NCBI RefSeq assembly: GCF_009914755.1
Contig: NC_060932.1
Reading direction: 5' to 3' (one strand)
DNA length: 64,000 nt
Source of the DNA: the human T2T-CHM13v2.0 reference genome, Homo sapiens
This document shows positions 13,451 through 29,690 of the stretch, in pieces; position 1 is the first letter of the stretch; each line of letters begins with the position of its first letter. The notes under the pieces were generated by a model. It worked only from the letters and a program-made list of their open reading frames with translations, was not told the DNA's origin and did no database searches. Made by a program: the position numbers and the translations under genes.

Positions 13451-15523
13451 AGCTCAAAATCTTACAGTAGAGCTGCCTATGTAAATAAACTCTTGTATTC
13501 AGGGCAGTAGAAGAATGAATATAGTGAATAACAGAAGTAAACATATTGCGCAGTTGCTGCAGAATGAAAAGATGCATAGTGCAGAGAGTGGATAAAAGAA
13601 TGGAATGCTGAAACAACAATAGCTACTTCAGAGCTTTGGTAAAAGGATGAAAAGAGGCTAGGCATGTTTAAATATTTTGTATACTGTATGTCTTTCCCAT
13701 TTGATGGAGAAATTTTGGAATGTGCAATATTTGTCATATCCTTCTTTTCTATTCCTTCTGCTGCCATAACTGTTAAGCTCCCGAACAATTCACATGTGAA
13801 CATAAGAAATATAAATTTGTCTATTTTGTGTCCTAATGATCAGGACATTTTCCTCAGAAAGTTAAAATAAATGTGCATTTTCTTTCCTTTTAATAAACAA
13901 GCTACTTTGGGGACTGGCAGTGAAGAGAATAACAGAAAATGAAATATAATAAACTATCTTCCAAATCTTTGCCTGAGACCAAGCAAGACTGCAATTAAAG
14001 TAAGAATAAAAATTTAATAGTTACTGTAAAGCAACAAGTAAAGAGTGAAAGCTATTACTGAAGTGTGAAAAGAGGCTACCTTTTAAAGGCAGACAGAAAA
14101 TGATTACAACCTAAGTGTCCTGTAAAAATCGCCCTAATCAACAATTCTGTTAGTACTTGATCCAGGAACCATTCTCCAGTTCCTTAATTGTAAATAAGGA
14201 TGACTTCACAGGGCAACTGCAACAAGAGTCCAATGGACTAGCTTCCCCAAGTATAACGCTTGACATATACATAGAAATTCAATAAAAGTTAGCTCATTTC
14301 TTGGCCTTTATTTTTGTATTTGCTGAAATAATTATTGCACATACTCATGGCAGTTTTATGAAACAAAGAATAACATAAATTCCAATAGTAAAACTATTAA
14401 GGGTGGGAAGTGCAAAATATTTGAAGACTTTAAGATACCATCCTGAGGGCAAGACCACAGGGTCAAGTATTCAAGGTAAAGATCATAGAACAAAAGGGGG
14501 ATTGAAGTAGAAGTACAGTTGGAAAAACAAATCTATATACTGTGAATATATATTTGAAATTAATTTCAACGAGGTAATCCTGAGAACATTATAATTTTAG
14601 ATATCAAACAGCTTGGTTATGTTGGAAAAATGCATAACTAAGATCATGTTGGTTCTGAAAATAAGTTCGTTCCTAATATGTATGGTAGAAAGTTTAATAC
14701 AGATATATTCAGTATGTAACTGATGAATACTGAGTGACTAATAGCAAGATTTAGGCTTCTCAGTCCTCCAGCTGGCAGAGATATGCAGGCAATATAAAAA
14801 CTGTTGGAAGGTGGATACAGGAAGCCTTTCAGCTGCTGTGGTTTTCTATAATGATTCTGAAAGTTTCTTTGTTTTTTTAATTCCTGGAATCAAGAGTTAG
14901 AGAATCAGGATTGTGGGTGGTCACTCATTTGCTCAATTTTTTTTTCTTTTGTTTTCCATCATTAAGTACTTTACAGCTGGGAGCAAGACAAAAAGCAACA
15001 TTTTAAGCTGTGCTGCCTAAATATGGCTTAGAATAGAAAGGTAAGCAAAAATTTCTAGGAAAGGCACATTACTTTATTAACCTTATAAGAATCAGTGTGT
15101 TATTATCTCACTATTCAGGTGCCTAGTGTGCCAAATAGAAATAGGTGGTAAGTTAAATTGGATACAACTGCAATATCTCTACATAAGCTATGATCATATG
15201 GAATAACTTAATACTTCTCTGACAGCAGACATTTTTAATAGAAACATATTTTATAGAATTTTTCCTTTATATCACTCATAATTTGTAATTATATGCTTAT
15301 TTGAAAATATCTGTCTTCTTTACCAGACTATTCTCTTCGTGATAATATGAACTATGTTGTTGTTGCTTTATATATCTGTATCCCCAATGCCTAGCATACT
15401 AAAAAAAAATTAATATATTGTTAGAAGTTCTTGTCTACTCTTTCTCTTTTTATTACTGTAATTTCACAATGTCTGCTCCTAGAAGTGGACTACTCTATTC
15501 TGAAGGATGTTAGAGAGAGAATA

Positions 15524-15637
15524 GGCTAAGCATAGTGGTTCACGTCTGCAATCCCAGCATTTTGGGAGGCTGAGGAAGGTGGATCACATGAGCCAAGGAG
15601 TTGGAGACCAGCTTGGGAAACATGGCAAAATCTCACC

Positions 15638-15684
<47 letters not shown>

Positions 15685-15840
15685 AGTTAGCCAGGCCTGG
15701 TGGCACATGCCCATAGTCCTAGATATTCGGGAGGCTGAGGTGGGAGGATCACTGGAACCAGGGAGGTTGAGGCTGTAAGTGAGCCTTTATCGGGCCACTT
15801 CAGTCCAGCCTGGGTGACAGAAAGAGATTTTGTCTCAAAA
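15524..15840 (+). mobile_element. AluJ
   Basis: ggctaagcatagtggttcacgtctgcaatcccagcattttgggaggctgagg; J-type gaggctgaggtgggaggatcactggaacc...gaggttgaggctg. Confidence 0.92.
15638..15685 (+). repeat. (TAAA)12 microsatellite in the Alu linker
   Basis: Perfect 48-bp TAAA run. Confidence 0.95.
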
Positions 15841-15882
15841 GAGAGAGAGAGAGAGAGAGAGACAGAGACAGAGAGAGAGAGA
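15841..15882 (+). repeat. (GA)n microsatellite at the Alu tail
   Basis: gagagagagagagagagagagacagagacagagagagaga. Confidence 0.9.
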
Positions 15883-15929
15883 TGGTTTGTTTGTATTGTA
15901 TTTAGGTAGGGTTAAGAGAGTACCTCAAA

Positions 15930-16083
15930 CCCATTAGTTTACTAACAAAAATAAAAACAAAACTGCAAGTGTTGGTGAGGATATAGAGAAATTGCAACCC
16001 TGCTGAACTGTTGGTAGGAATATAAAATGGTGCAGTCACTATGGAAAATGGTGTGCTAGTTCTTCAAAAAATTAAACATAGAG
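15930..16083 (+). mobile_element. L1 (L1M) ORF2 3' fragment
   Basis: caagtgttggtgaggatatagagaaattg...ctgttggtaggaatataaaatggtgcagtcactatggaaaa...cttcaaaaaattaaacataga. Confidence 0.8.
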
Positions 16084-16085
16084 TA

Positions 16086-16336
16086 TTGGGGTTTGCTATG
16101 CTTAGGATTCCTCAGCTGTGACATAAACCACACGTGGTACTTTACGTTGCCTTCTGGTACTAAAAGGGCAACTTGAGCAAGAAGAACTGCTTTGACTATA
16201 AAGCTCATGCTGTTTGCTGTGCTTTGATTAACAAAGTCCCTTGTCTCTGACCCAAGAGTCTCATGTCTTTTGCCAGCTTCTATGACACTGTGGCAGGCTG
16301 ACTTCTAAGCTGTCAAGTAGAGCAAAATCTCATAAC
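16086..16336 (+). mobile_element. ERV LTR 3' fragment (MER90-like; subfamily uncertain)
   Basis: aaagtcccttgtctctgacccaagagtctcatgtcttttgccagc...actgtggcaggctgactt...caagtagagcaaaatctca; same family as 30595-31146. Confidence 0.6.
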
Positions 16337-19300
16337 AGTCTCCTTTTTCTTTTTTCTTTTTGATTTCTTCAAAGGTAAATGGAATACTTCTGTGTGCTAC
16401 AATATGTTAGTTTTTCATGTGATACAGCTTGCCAAAATAATTAACTTTGAAACAACATTATGTGTTGTTAACACTTAAAGTTACTTAGATTTTTCTTTCT
16501 TTAAAAAATCACTAAATCCACTGGACATTGATAGAGTTGAAGAAAACAATGGTACATTTTATACGATTTCTATGTTTGCATTTCACATTTCAGAAATAGC
16601 TGCTCAAAATGCAGAGGTAGTTAAATTTTCAGAGGATGAGATATGTATTATAAGCACAGCTCTCTCTGAATACATAACATCCTTATGCTGAATTTAAATC
16701 TAATTTTGTGACAGCTGTAAAAATGGCTACCTCGTCAAGAAGAGCAAAGAAATCAAATTTATGCTATTTTCTGAAAAGTTACAATGCTAAATAAAGCATT
16801 GTTCTGAATTTTAAATCATAACATTTCCGCCTCTAGTGAGGTTCTTGGGAAAACGCGATTCTTTAGGATATACTTATAAATCACCTTTCATCATGAAGAA
16901 TTTTGAAATCATTTCAAAATATAAGTAAGTAGAAAAAGAAGGGTGGAACTTCACACAGAAAGTATTTGTTCAAAAATACCCAGAATAGAAAAAAATATAC
17001 ATTGCTACCAGCACTAAGTGTGCTGAAAATTCTGATTGAATAAGTCAGATTTGTACTAAAACTACATTATGCCAACAGTTCCAGACCAAAAAAAAAAAAA
17101 ATGTAAAGATGGGAAAAAGAAAACAAAACAAGAAGCAGTCAGCAGAGTCCAGCAGGAAGAAAGGCTGACATCACTAACGCTACCATGAGTGTAGGGGCAG
17201 CAAAAGGAGACAGAAATATGAACCACATATATGATAACGGAAGGTCCTCCATGCATGTATGATAAGGTTCATGAAGTACATGTATCATAAGGGAAGATCC
17301 TCCATGCAATATGTTTGGCTTTTGAATTTTACTTTTTTCAAGTGATAAAATACAAGATAATAAAATAAAATAGAATACCATCACTTGAATTGACTCTGTC
17401 AAAGTTCATAATTTTCAAATTCAGCTTGCAAGAATTTCTTTCTTGGAACAAATTGAAACAGGGAGTGATTATTTTCTTTCATCCCTTCAAAAGTTAAAAT
17501 GCCTATCCCTGAATATAAATGCAAGCCTAAACTTACAGATCTTTTTAACTATCCACTTTGGGAACAGTATGAAAATATTATACTATGAAAAGGTACATGA
17601 TCAGAATACATTTTGTATTCTGATTCTGATTTTGGTTTATATATATTTTTGTATATGTGTATATATACAGATATAGATATAGATAGATGTACATGTATTT
17701 ATAAATATAAAATTTTAAATGTACAAACGATATAAACAATACAGATATTTTTATACATGAAGTAGCAATCTTTCTTTTGCAACATTTAGGGGGAAATGTG
17801 ACGGAAAAAATAAACAAGACGGTGCCAAATATTTTTTGAAACCTAGAAGGGTTTTCTAAACAGTTTTTGTTGACATTACTCAAGCATCTTTGAGATCTCT
17901 TAGTGTACTAGTCAATATTGATGGTTCTTTTTAAGATAAGAAAAGGAAAGGCCTTGTTAGGAATTCCAGACAAAATAATCTGTTCCTTAAAGCCATGTGG
18001 TGAGTATAATAAATGTTTACAAATATTTTTGTTCATCTTCTAGGCTTGTGTTAGGCTTGTGACTTCTCTACCTTTTTGAAGTAATTACAGTCGTGTGATT
18101 TCTGATTTGTGCAATAAAAATATGTATAATATGTAAAAATATGTAAGATATGTAGAATATATAATTATATATATTTTTGTGATACATACTTTAAGATGTT
18201 TATAGACATATAAATATGTGTTTGTGCCAATATTGGCCAATAAAATATGTGTGTATACTTTCTGGCACTTCCTGACCAAAATTCTTAAAAAGTAGTGCCT
18301 GATTGCCATTTGTATTTTGTTTTCTTTTTTTCTAAAATAGCAATTATGGGAAAAAATTCAGAGTTGGGCCATTACAACCCTGAGTTCTCCTGTGACTACA
18401 GTAAGTAAATCTCTCCTGCCCATCTGCATTTTTCTGAAGCAATTAAGCAACTAAGTTTGTCAGGTTATTACCGTGTGACCTCATATATTCTGATAAGCCA
18501 TAATTAGTCAATATTTACTTATTAAAATGAAAAAGATATTCAAGGTTTCTTCATATGTACTTCTCAAGCTTTATTCTTTTTCCTAAAGTCACTTTATCTG
18601 AAACATCTCCATAGAAATCCATTATAATATCTATAGGATTTAACCTGAATTTAATTAAGAAAAATCAGTGAAATAGACTGAATTTCTCATTAAATTATTA
18701 AACTACTCCTCAATAATAATTTGTCCTAATAGTTGATCAGTTGATTAACTCTGTGGGATATAAATTGATTGCGTTATTATTCCAATGATGAAAAAACAAT
18801 GGAAGTGGCCTCTGTTCACTATCCACTCTGGCTGGCAGCCAAGTCAGAATATATATATATATATTTCCACCAACTCCCATAAGCTAATCAAAACACTGGT
18901 GCTCAGGAAAAGTAACACTAAAAACTCATATGTGAAAGAGTAAATAGATGATGGTAATTGACACTTTTGTAAATAACAATAAGTGAGAAATATATCTTAC
19001 ATTTCCTGAAAACACAAATTTATAGAAACAAGAGTTTTTTAAAGTTATGGAATCAAATGTTTTTGATTGTTTATATGTATGTATGACTTTGTAACAAATT
19101 TTAAAGGAGCATAACTTGTGAAGTCATAATTCATATTATAATAACAAAAGAAATAATCTTATTATTTTTCTTCTATATTAACAACCTAGAAAAGACTCAG
19201 CAGTTCTTTAAAATTATAATCAATAATGATGTTTTAAATGCATGGCTTAGATTTAGTTACAAGAGTGGAAATGATGGTAATATATTTTTAAGTGTTGAAT

Positions 19301-21169
19301 TCAAAACGTCTAACGTATTCAAGGTGTTCAGTCATAAGGCAATATTTTAGGCATTTTTACACTTTATTCTACTTTTTAAATGTTTAATTTTATATTTAAC
19401 TATTTCCTCATCTATGGATTATATATTGAAGAACAGCTTAAACTAGAAAGAATTCTAACTTTTGATAGTTGGTAGAATGTCATTGTATAAAACAAACTGA
19501 TTTCCCCAGGACCTTTGAGTCCACAGCCTATAAATAAAAATAAAACATAACTCATGGTATTCATTAATCTAAAATCAAATTTAGTTAAATTTTAAAAGAA
19601 CGCATAAAGATAAATTATTCAAAAATAACTGAACTGTTCCCTTTGGGGATTATTTGATATTGCTTAGGAAGCAAATAATAAATCCGTCTTCCATGAATAT
19701 TCTACTCCAACATGCCTAATAACATTCTTTGGTCTCTGAATATTACCTAGAATTCCTCTCATTTTGAAAGAAGTCATCTGAAATATGATCCAGGAATCAT
19801 ATGTGCTATATTCAAGGGGACGGATGTTGAATCAAAATACAACATGCCCTGAAGGTGCTAAAATTTATGGGGAAGAAAAGATAGTCCCAGAAGGAATTAA
19901 ATCTGGCCTTTGGTTACAATGTTTGAGGACCAACTGCAGCATGTTTCTAAATTCATACTAGTTACTAAGGTCAATATAATAGTCACTACAATTTTTCCTT
20001 GATAATGGGAATTTTAGTCTATTCTCTGAGCATCTTCACATGCCAGGAGATGAATCCGGATTTATCTAAGTCAGTGATGATAGATTCACACCAAAGGCAA
20101 GTAATTGGTATAGCATTGCTTCAATGAATTCAAAGCATTTTGTGTAAGAAGAATTACCATCATTGGAAAGTTGCAAAGGTTCTAGAATATCAGAAAGCTG
20201 TTACAGAAAATGGTTCTGGTTTACTAGGTTGTAATATCTATTCCAGTGTAAAGTTTGGCAGGTTTTTAAATCTCTACTAGCTTTAGTCTGGATACAAGAA
20301 AGGATGAAAATCATAATACCTAATTGATAAGTTTTTAGAAATGTAAAATAAGGTCATTTTTGTGTTATGCTTAAAATTATAGTATATAAACTTAAATATA
20401 TGACATGCTATTATTATTGTTGAGGTGGCAAATAGAAACTTTGCTCAACTGTCCTCCACTTCTAACATAACTTTTTGTGGTCTGCCAAAATGGAGAACAA
20501 ACCTATATATTGCTGGTGTTCTCTCTTTTTATGATAGATACTTTTACCGGAACAGTATTTGCCATTATGTCATAAGAACATATTTACTGTCTCTAAAAAA
20601 ATCAAATACACTTAATAGTTTACACTAGCTTAGAGGATAAGTTTTAGACTCTTTTGTCTGAGTTTCCAAATTGTTCAAAATATCTTTGAAAGATGCTTGC
20701 AACCAATCTTCTCACTTGAAATTGTCACCTCTTTTCTCTACATTTATCTTTATCAGCCAAAGTCAACTCACTTTTAGTTACCCCAAATAAGGTGTTACTT
20801 TACCAAAATTATTAACACTTATATAACTCTACACGTTATACATGACTAAATAACATTTGTTCCTGAATCCTAGAAAGTGATTTTTTTTTCAATTTTCACC
20901 CATTGAAACATCTTGAAAGGTCAAGAAAGTGTTTTATGAAGAGAGAAAAAGACAAGGAAAGATTACTATTAATAAATGTTAAATTGAATTAAAGTGGAGC
21001 AGAAGGACACTGGCTCAAGAGTGTAGGTTGTTATAAAATTAAAAATGTTTGATTGGGTGGTTGGTGGGATTTTATTTAAGGAAAAATGTTAAGCCTTTAT
21101 ACAGGCAAAGATTAGAGAAAAAATGGAAAGAGGAAGTTGTATAATCAAGACAATGTGAAAAGAAGAATA

Positions 21170-21725
<556 letters not shown>

Positions 21726-24700
21726 GATAAAAAGAGAGAGGCAATACAGTATAAACATATAAGTTATTCTTCAAGTCTCTAACAAGATTAATACTCTTCA
21801 CACCACGTTAAAATTTTCAGATGCCTTTGATCTTCCATGGCATTATATTTGTATCTTTCTTAGAAGATGGAGTTTTACTCCTTACTAGTATGTAATTATT
21901 TATGTATGCTTCCCATAAGCTATAAAAGCTCCTGAAAATCAGCAATAGCTATTGACCTCTTCTCCATCATCATTCAATAGATATTTGTTAAAATAATACA
22001 AATATAATAAAACTATGTTATCTCTCCTATAATATGAAAATCTGTTGCTATAATATTGATATCTTATTAACATTTCAGCCATCGGATGCTGTGTTTTGAA
22101 AAAACATAGAGATAAAACAATAGAATGCCCAATAATTTTTTTGAAGTTAGTACTTTGTAATGTGATGATTTTTAAAATATGCAACTGCATTGTCAATGAC
22201 CTCATCTCCGTTGTTTAGAAAAAAAAATTTGATGGAAGATACAAGGATTCAGCAACAAAAGCCATTTTAGAAAGAGCTGTGTGTGTGAGAAATGCAATCA
22301 TATAACAACTTCAGAAAAGCTTGAAATTAATGTCTGATATTATATTTATAACTAAAAAGTTATTAGAAATTAGTGCTAAGTATAAATTTTTTTGTTAACT
22401 AAATTAATATTGAATTTTCTATATAAAATGTGAAAATATATAAAGAAACTTATTCTAGAAATTAGGCATCCATTAAATATTAAACTGTAGAAAAAATTAA
22501 GATAATATTAATGCAAAAACATTATGCTTTTGATTCTGTTTTCAGATGACTAACTTGCAGGGCAAATTCCAAATGTATGAATTAACAAAGAGATTCAAAC
22601 TTTGAAAATATATAAAAATTGGGTCAGAACTAAATTTAGACAGTTGTGTTATACATCACTCATACTTGACCAGTGACATTAGGCATGTATGATTTGATTT
22701 TACTGACTCTGTGAATACAATTCTCCAATGCAGTTCTCCATCTACTTTTCAATACAAAGGCATTGTTTATATGTCAGTAAAAAGAGGTAATACAAACCTG
22801 ACCTGAGAAGCTAATTTTCCTCTCATATTACTAATATTGTAGATAATGTAGCTCCTTAAATTATACTGTGCCTTCTTTGCGTTGTTTAGCTAAAGAAATA
22901 TTTCATTGTCCAGTAAGTTTGGTTTTCATCAGAAATTATTTTCTTTTACTTTGTGAGACTATAAACTAATCGTGTTTTCCAGATTTGTTTAGGGTGTAAG
23001 AAAAATAAAAGCTAAATATAATGCTGATTCTAACAAAGATACAAGAATTCAGAACTTGACTTTTGTAAATTAACCTTGCTCTTGGTTTCATCTTACTCTC
23101 CTGTTATTTTCTTTTATTATAGTTTGCCTTAATTCCACTTTATGTTATTTAGCTACATATATCATATTTTTTGCTGCATCAACTGCTTTTTTAGAGTTAG
23201 CTATAAATTAAATATTAATAGATAACAAGTGGCCTTAATAATTTAGCTTTGAATACTATAGTAACTTCAACAAATGTCGGGAGCAGTAAATGGAAATTGC
23301 CTTGGTCAAAATATAAGGAATTAGTGCAAAAAAAAAAAGAAAAAAAAACAATTCCTCCCTGACTCCTTAAATATTTAATGTATTTAGACCCAGTTTTACA
23401 TACATAAAAATTATGGAGTAAAAAGAAAATTATTTATTTTCTTTTGAATCAGATATGCAATGGAAAAAGCCTAAGAAAAGTGGTTATAAAAAGCCTTTAG
23501 ATTTCATGCACATTTAGACCAAAAATTAGAGTTTTTGAAGGCATCCAAGTTCCAGAATTTAAATTCTGTTCTCTATTATTAATGATATGAAAGAACTTTC
23601 ATCACTGAATGGTTCAACCACGTATATCTTTTACTTAACTTCCTACGTTAGTGAGTGATCAATAATATTACACAGGAAAAAAAAGAGAACAAGACCAAAA
23701 GTGTACAAAGTATCCCTCCCCAGTGATTGCTGTAAAAATACCTATTACTATGCTTTCTTAGCACAAAACACAAAGGACTTTTCACATGGAATGAGTCTAC
23801 TAAAATATGTGTCACATAGCATTAAATGTCTTTGGTGGCTACTATTCTCCTTCCTCCATTGGTTTATTCTAATTCATTTTGCTTCGTCTTTAGAGTGGTG
23901 GCTTTGCAAAGAGCAAAAGAATACCAGATGGTCATTGCTGTGGTTCACTGAGTTTATATCCTAGCAGGAAGTTAGATGATTGCTTTTCAAGGTTCTTATC
24001 ATGCATTGAACAGTCTATTTCACCACAGGGGATTCTGAAGCTGTCAATATATTCTTGGCTAAGCATGCCCCATCATTTTCTCTTTAAGACATGGGCCTAT
24101 ATAATCATATGAATGCTTTGTGGACGCAAAGATAATATAACTTGTCTTTCCTTCTACATATTGTGGAATGTAGATTTGTGTTAGAAATGAGTATTTACTT
24201 AATGTTTATAAAATTCTGTTTTAATTTTGGGAACAACATCGTTAAACTATTTGTTATAGCTTCTTCAAAAATGTAAACTTTCCCTAAACAATCTGGATTT
24301 TGCATTTAGAAAATTTACTTTAAAATTCTTATTTGTCAAAACAAGTAAACAAAAAACTCCAAGTAAACAAAAGCCTTCCCAGAAACAAAAGACTCAAAGT
24401 TACACAGAATTTGTGTAAGCAATGAAGACTCAGTTGCCTCAAAAAGAGACTGACGTTTTTCTTTGATTTAAAAAATACACAGCTGACATTTTTCTAGGAA
24501 TTGCACAGAAAGAGAATGAAGTTAAAATCATTCCATCGAAGAAATAAAAATCTCTAAATTTACACTATCGTAACATATAATACTAAAAAAATACACAGAT
24601 GGTCTCTTTATCGTCAAAGAAAATGGATTAGTTTAAAATAAGAATGATAGATGAAGGAATAAAAAACTTGAACAATAGAGTAAACCAACAAAAATGTTTT

Positions 24701-25126
24701 AGCTATTGCATACAAGATGAGGGGAAAAAGTAAATAGTTGTGTGAATGAAAGAAAACACAACTCACAAATGCAAAATGGGGAACATAATGTAAGTCAATG
24801 TTAAATATATGGCTGACTGTTGCCATGGTGGGGTCAAGGGTGATGGCAGGATAAGAACAGGAAGCTTTGATTTTCTTCCTTGATCATAAGAAACATACAT
24901 AAGGCCAACACATATTGTTTATATAAGAACACCAGTGGATCTTTTTGCATGAAATTAGACTATACACAGTTAGACAATAACCCAGATCACCTTTCAAATA
25001 CAAAACTCCCATATTCAAATACAAAACTCAATAGATTGAGTTTCATGAGGCCTGTAGCTGTTTCATTAATCATTATACTTAGAAATGTGACTTGTGTGTA
25101 GTGAGTTTTTAAAATATATGAGTTTA

Positions 25127-25441
<315 letters not shown>

Positions 25442-27149
25442 TAAAATATGTATGTGTTTAATTATTGAATATACTTCAAATGTGAGAACTTCCAGACATG
25501 GATAACTCAGAAATGCTATGTTAACTTTGGAAAATATATTTTCAAAAACGATGTCTAATACTTGCTGATCCACACCTAATTTTTAGGGTAATGTGAGGCT
25601 TAAAGTTCCTTTTAATGCTGAAAAAATTAATTCTACTGCCTGTATGATCCCAGAACCTAGATACATCCATTCTCTGGTACCCTTAGTTTTTCAGTACTTC
25701 ATACCTCAGTGTTATTATCATATTCAAAAATATAACTTTACAAATGACTCTTAGTATGTTTGTCCTCTTTTGGTTGTGAACATGATAAAAATAACGTAGT
25801 TATTACTAGTTGTTGAATACCATTGATTAGGTATTTTACATACATTAACTAATATAATCCTTATCTTAATACTATAAGTAAGACTTGCCCCTAGTATACA
25901 AGTGAGAAAACTGAGGTCTAAAAAATTAAATATATAGGTTAAGGTTTTATATCTTCTCAGTGGCAGAATATGAAGCAAACCAAGGCTTTTATTAGTCTAG
26001 AGTCTACTCTTTCCAGAGTTCTTGACTATCTTAGTTTTTTAAATATTCTCCACTATTTCTGAACCCAGGCACATGTTTAACTGTCAATAGATATTTTAAA
26101 TACGATAAATACAAACGTAACAAGTGATAGCTATTACTTCTATAAGATTTTTAAAATAATTGACTTTTATGTGTTTGGAACTAATTAGATAGTTTTGAGC
26201 ACCTTCTATGTGTTAAGCATTAAATAAATTTTTCAAAACTATCATTTAATCTAATTTCTTTAACCTTCACCATTCTGAAATAAGTAAAAATACTCAGTTT
26301 TTGACATAAGAAATAACACACTCAGGTAATACATGGCAGAAATATAAATCAACTCGTAGGTCTTCTACCCCTAAAGACAAATCATGTTGCCTTTACTCCA
26401 TCACTTTAGATACTACTAAAACAGTCTAATCAGGACATGTACGTTATTTTATAACACAAATGTACTTTTCAAAACAAGATTAAGGTGCATGATAGGGCTA
26501 TTGAGTGTTGATCTGACTGTTGATTGAATAGCCTGTATTTTCCAGGGAGTGTTGAAGCAGCACCAAGTGACCTGTGACACTTGTGAAGTTTTCCTTGTGG
26601 ATTGACATCACTGCAATTTTGTTAGCAGGCTTTGAGCTGATAAAATAATTCCATTACCAAACAATTCATGCTTAACTTGCTTGTTCTTTAAAAGACATGC
26701 ACAACATGTTTTCTTCATTAGCATCAAATATAACTGCTCACATTAAGAAACTAGATCTCTATGTGAAATGACAGCTAATGAAAGCTGAATGTGCCCAAAT
26801 AATATTGCTCAGATACTGGCAAGTGTGGTGGTGGAACTCAAAGTCTGTGCTAAAACATTTTCTGAAATAATATTTAAAATAATATGTTTGAAAATGAACT
26901 CAGTCAAACCGTCAATGCTTCAATCCTCGAAAAGAACTTTTAATACATGGTTCATGACATTTTTATATTCAATAGTGCATTTGAGTCCTTTCTTCTTTGG
27001 CGTAAAAGAGGTTACCACTGACGCTACTCTCTCTGTGATTCAGAGAGTTACAATAACACATTGTCTTTTCTGGGAGTGGGTTTAAGAAAAAAGGAGATGA
27101 CAGTTTACAATGGTTTGTAATAAAATGTTTTTAAAAACTACAGATTTTA

Positions 27150-27466
<317 letters not shown>

Positions 27467-29399
27467 CTACAAAAAATGCTAAAAAATAATCTTTACAGTG
27501 AATAGATAAAACTGGGCTTTGTTTTGATTGAGTACATAAAATCTTAAAATATATTTTCATTTTGGCGAAGTACAATTTATTATTATATTTAAGCACTATA
27601 TGGGAATGAATAGAAATATGGCACCAAATTATTTTTGTGTCTTGTTTCAATATAGTACTTTTCAGTTTTCTTTAAGTTAGTTTTATCAATAACCTTATCT
27701 ATTATTTATTTAGTATCATATTTCTGATATCACATTTCAGCATTTACTCATATGTAATTGGGACTTACTATGCATAAAATAAATGACATTTTTGATTTCC
27801 TACTGCCTTTGTGAGGTAATTTCCAGATACAGAGCAGGGAACAAGCAAACATAATAAATATCCTTTCATTAACTAAGTCACTACTTCTTTGGAGGAATTT
27901 TGGTATATAAAATTTAAAAAATTACTAGGCTAAAGCTTCCTACTTCTTTCTTCTCCAACTATTGTCTTTTATTGCTCAGCCCAATTCCATGTTTTGGTAT
28001 TACATTTTGATCCAGAAAATTGTTGATCAAAGTTTTTTGGCAGGAGAATAATATAATATGGTGACAAATCAAGCTGCTGTTCTTATTTCATCAGTCATTT
28101 CTCTAACACATTGTGGAAAACAGTCTTCCAAGAATAAAACTTGGAAGATTTATTTTTCTTTGTCAAAGGCAACAGTTTCCTCATTAGCCCTTTTGCTTAG
28201 ATGTACTGTAAATATATGGTTTAGGTCACTCAGCAATAATTTACCATACAACATCTACATCACTAACATCCAAGCTTCTCCAAAAACTATCTCACCTGTC
28301 AGATCACAGTAAACTCTGTCAACATTTTATAGCATCACATCCCCTTATTGATCAGTCCTTTCCCTGAGCCCTCATATGCATTCCAAGTTCTTTCTTTTTG
28401 GCCACAAATATACTCAAATCATCAATACAATATACCACTCTTTTAAAATTTTCTTTGGTTAATCTAAAATTCACATTTCTAATTTAGCCATATGTTTCCT
28501 ATGACTGCCTTCTTAAATCTTAATATGTTAACTCTTCCATCAAAAGTATGTGTCTCTTTTACATACAATTCTATTAGTTTTTCCTGGGGTATGTGTATTA
28601 TATTGCCATTCTGAATGCAAAATATAATTATGAATTTTGGAATTGTTAACATAGGAATAGCATAACCATTTCACCTCATCTGCCACTTCATCTGTGAGAA
28701 CTGGGTTAAGAAGGATTCTAAAGCTACATCATGTGCCCCAGGTATTCTCATTCAAGACTTGGCGCATAGGAATTAGGCTTCACTTTGTACAGAATGTTGC
28801 TTAGCCCAGCAGCAGGCAGTTAGTTGACTTTTACAAATACTACCAGATGGTGTTGATAAAATTCATCCTGCCTGTGAACAAACACAAAACCTTTACACCA
28901 TACCCTCTAGGTTGATGTGGAATACATTTTTTCTTAATTAAACTACCATTGTTAGGAAGCATCAAAAGAACTCTCTACAAGCAAAGGTTTCATCAAGGAG
29001 AGACTCTACGTAAACTCCAGGGAAAGCAATGAGTAGATCATTACAGAGTCATCAGCCCCCTGCAAAGTTATAAATGCTATCAAGTGGCAAAGAAAAGCAG
29101 AGGGAAGGCATGAACTGAGTAGTCTGCCATCTTTTCTTTGGAAATGAATGACAACTACACACACTGCATATACAGTACTCCATTCTTTAAGTTTTAATGA
29201 AAAAAATTGGTTAGTGAGAGATAAATCACACCTTAGAAAGTTAGATCATGTGCTCTATGAAGTATGACTTAGACTCTACCTTTAGCCAGTGAATATTAGT
29301 AACACGTGAGAACTAATTTTGAGGCTGGAAAGGAAAATCTGTACTTTCTACATGAATTATTGTTTCATTCAAAATGTTCTTGCTCTATATAGTTTGTAT

Positions 29400-29690
29400 T
29401 TTTAGCAATTATCTGTAAAATCTTCTCTTAAAGCGTTGTCCCTAGCTGAAATTCCTTGCACTCAATGGGCGATATTAATACCTTCCTTATCAAGATTCCT
29501 AGCTTACTCTACAGATTCTGCTATTAAAGCAATCATCATACATTACTGCAATTACTTGATTACTGTCTGCCCCACTGGACCACAGGTTCTTAAAAACAGA
29601 AAATGTGTCTTAATCAATCTTTTGATTCTCAGCACATAACATAATGCTTTGCAGAAGGAAGGCCCTTAATAAATACATACAAATCAGTAA
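29400..29690 (+). mobile_element. L2 3' fragment
   Basis: tactgtctgccccactggacc...ctcagcacataacataatgctttgcagaaggaaggcccttaataaata. Confidence 0.6.

Noticed and set aside
16825-16842. CTCF-like tccgcctctagtgagg
   Set aside because: Only about 10/14 match, with mismatches at key core positions
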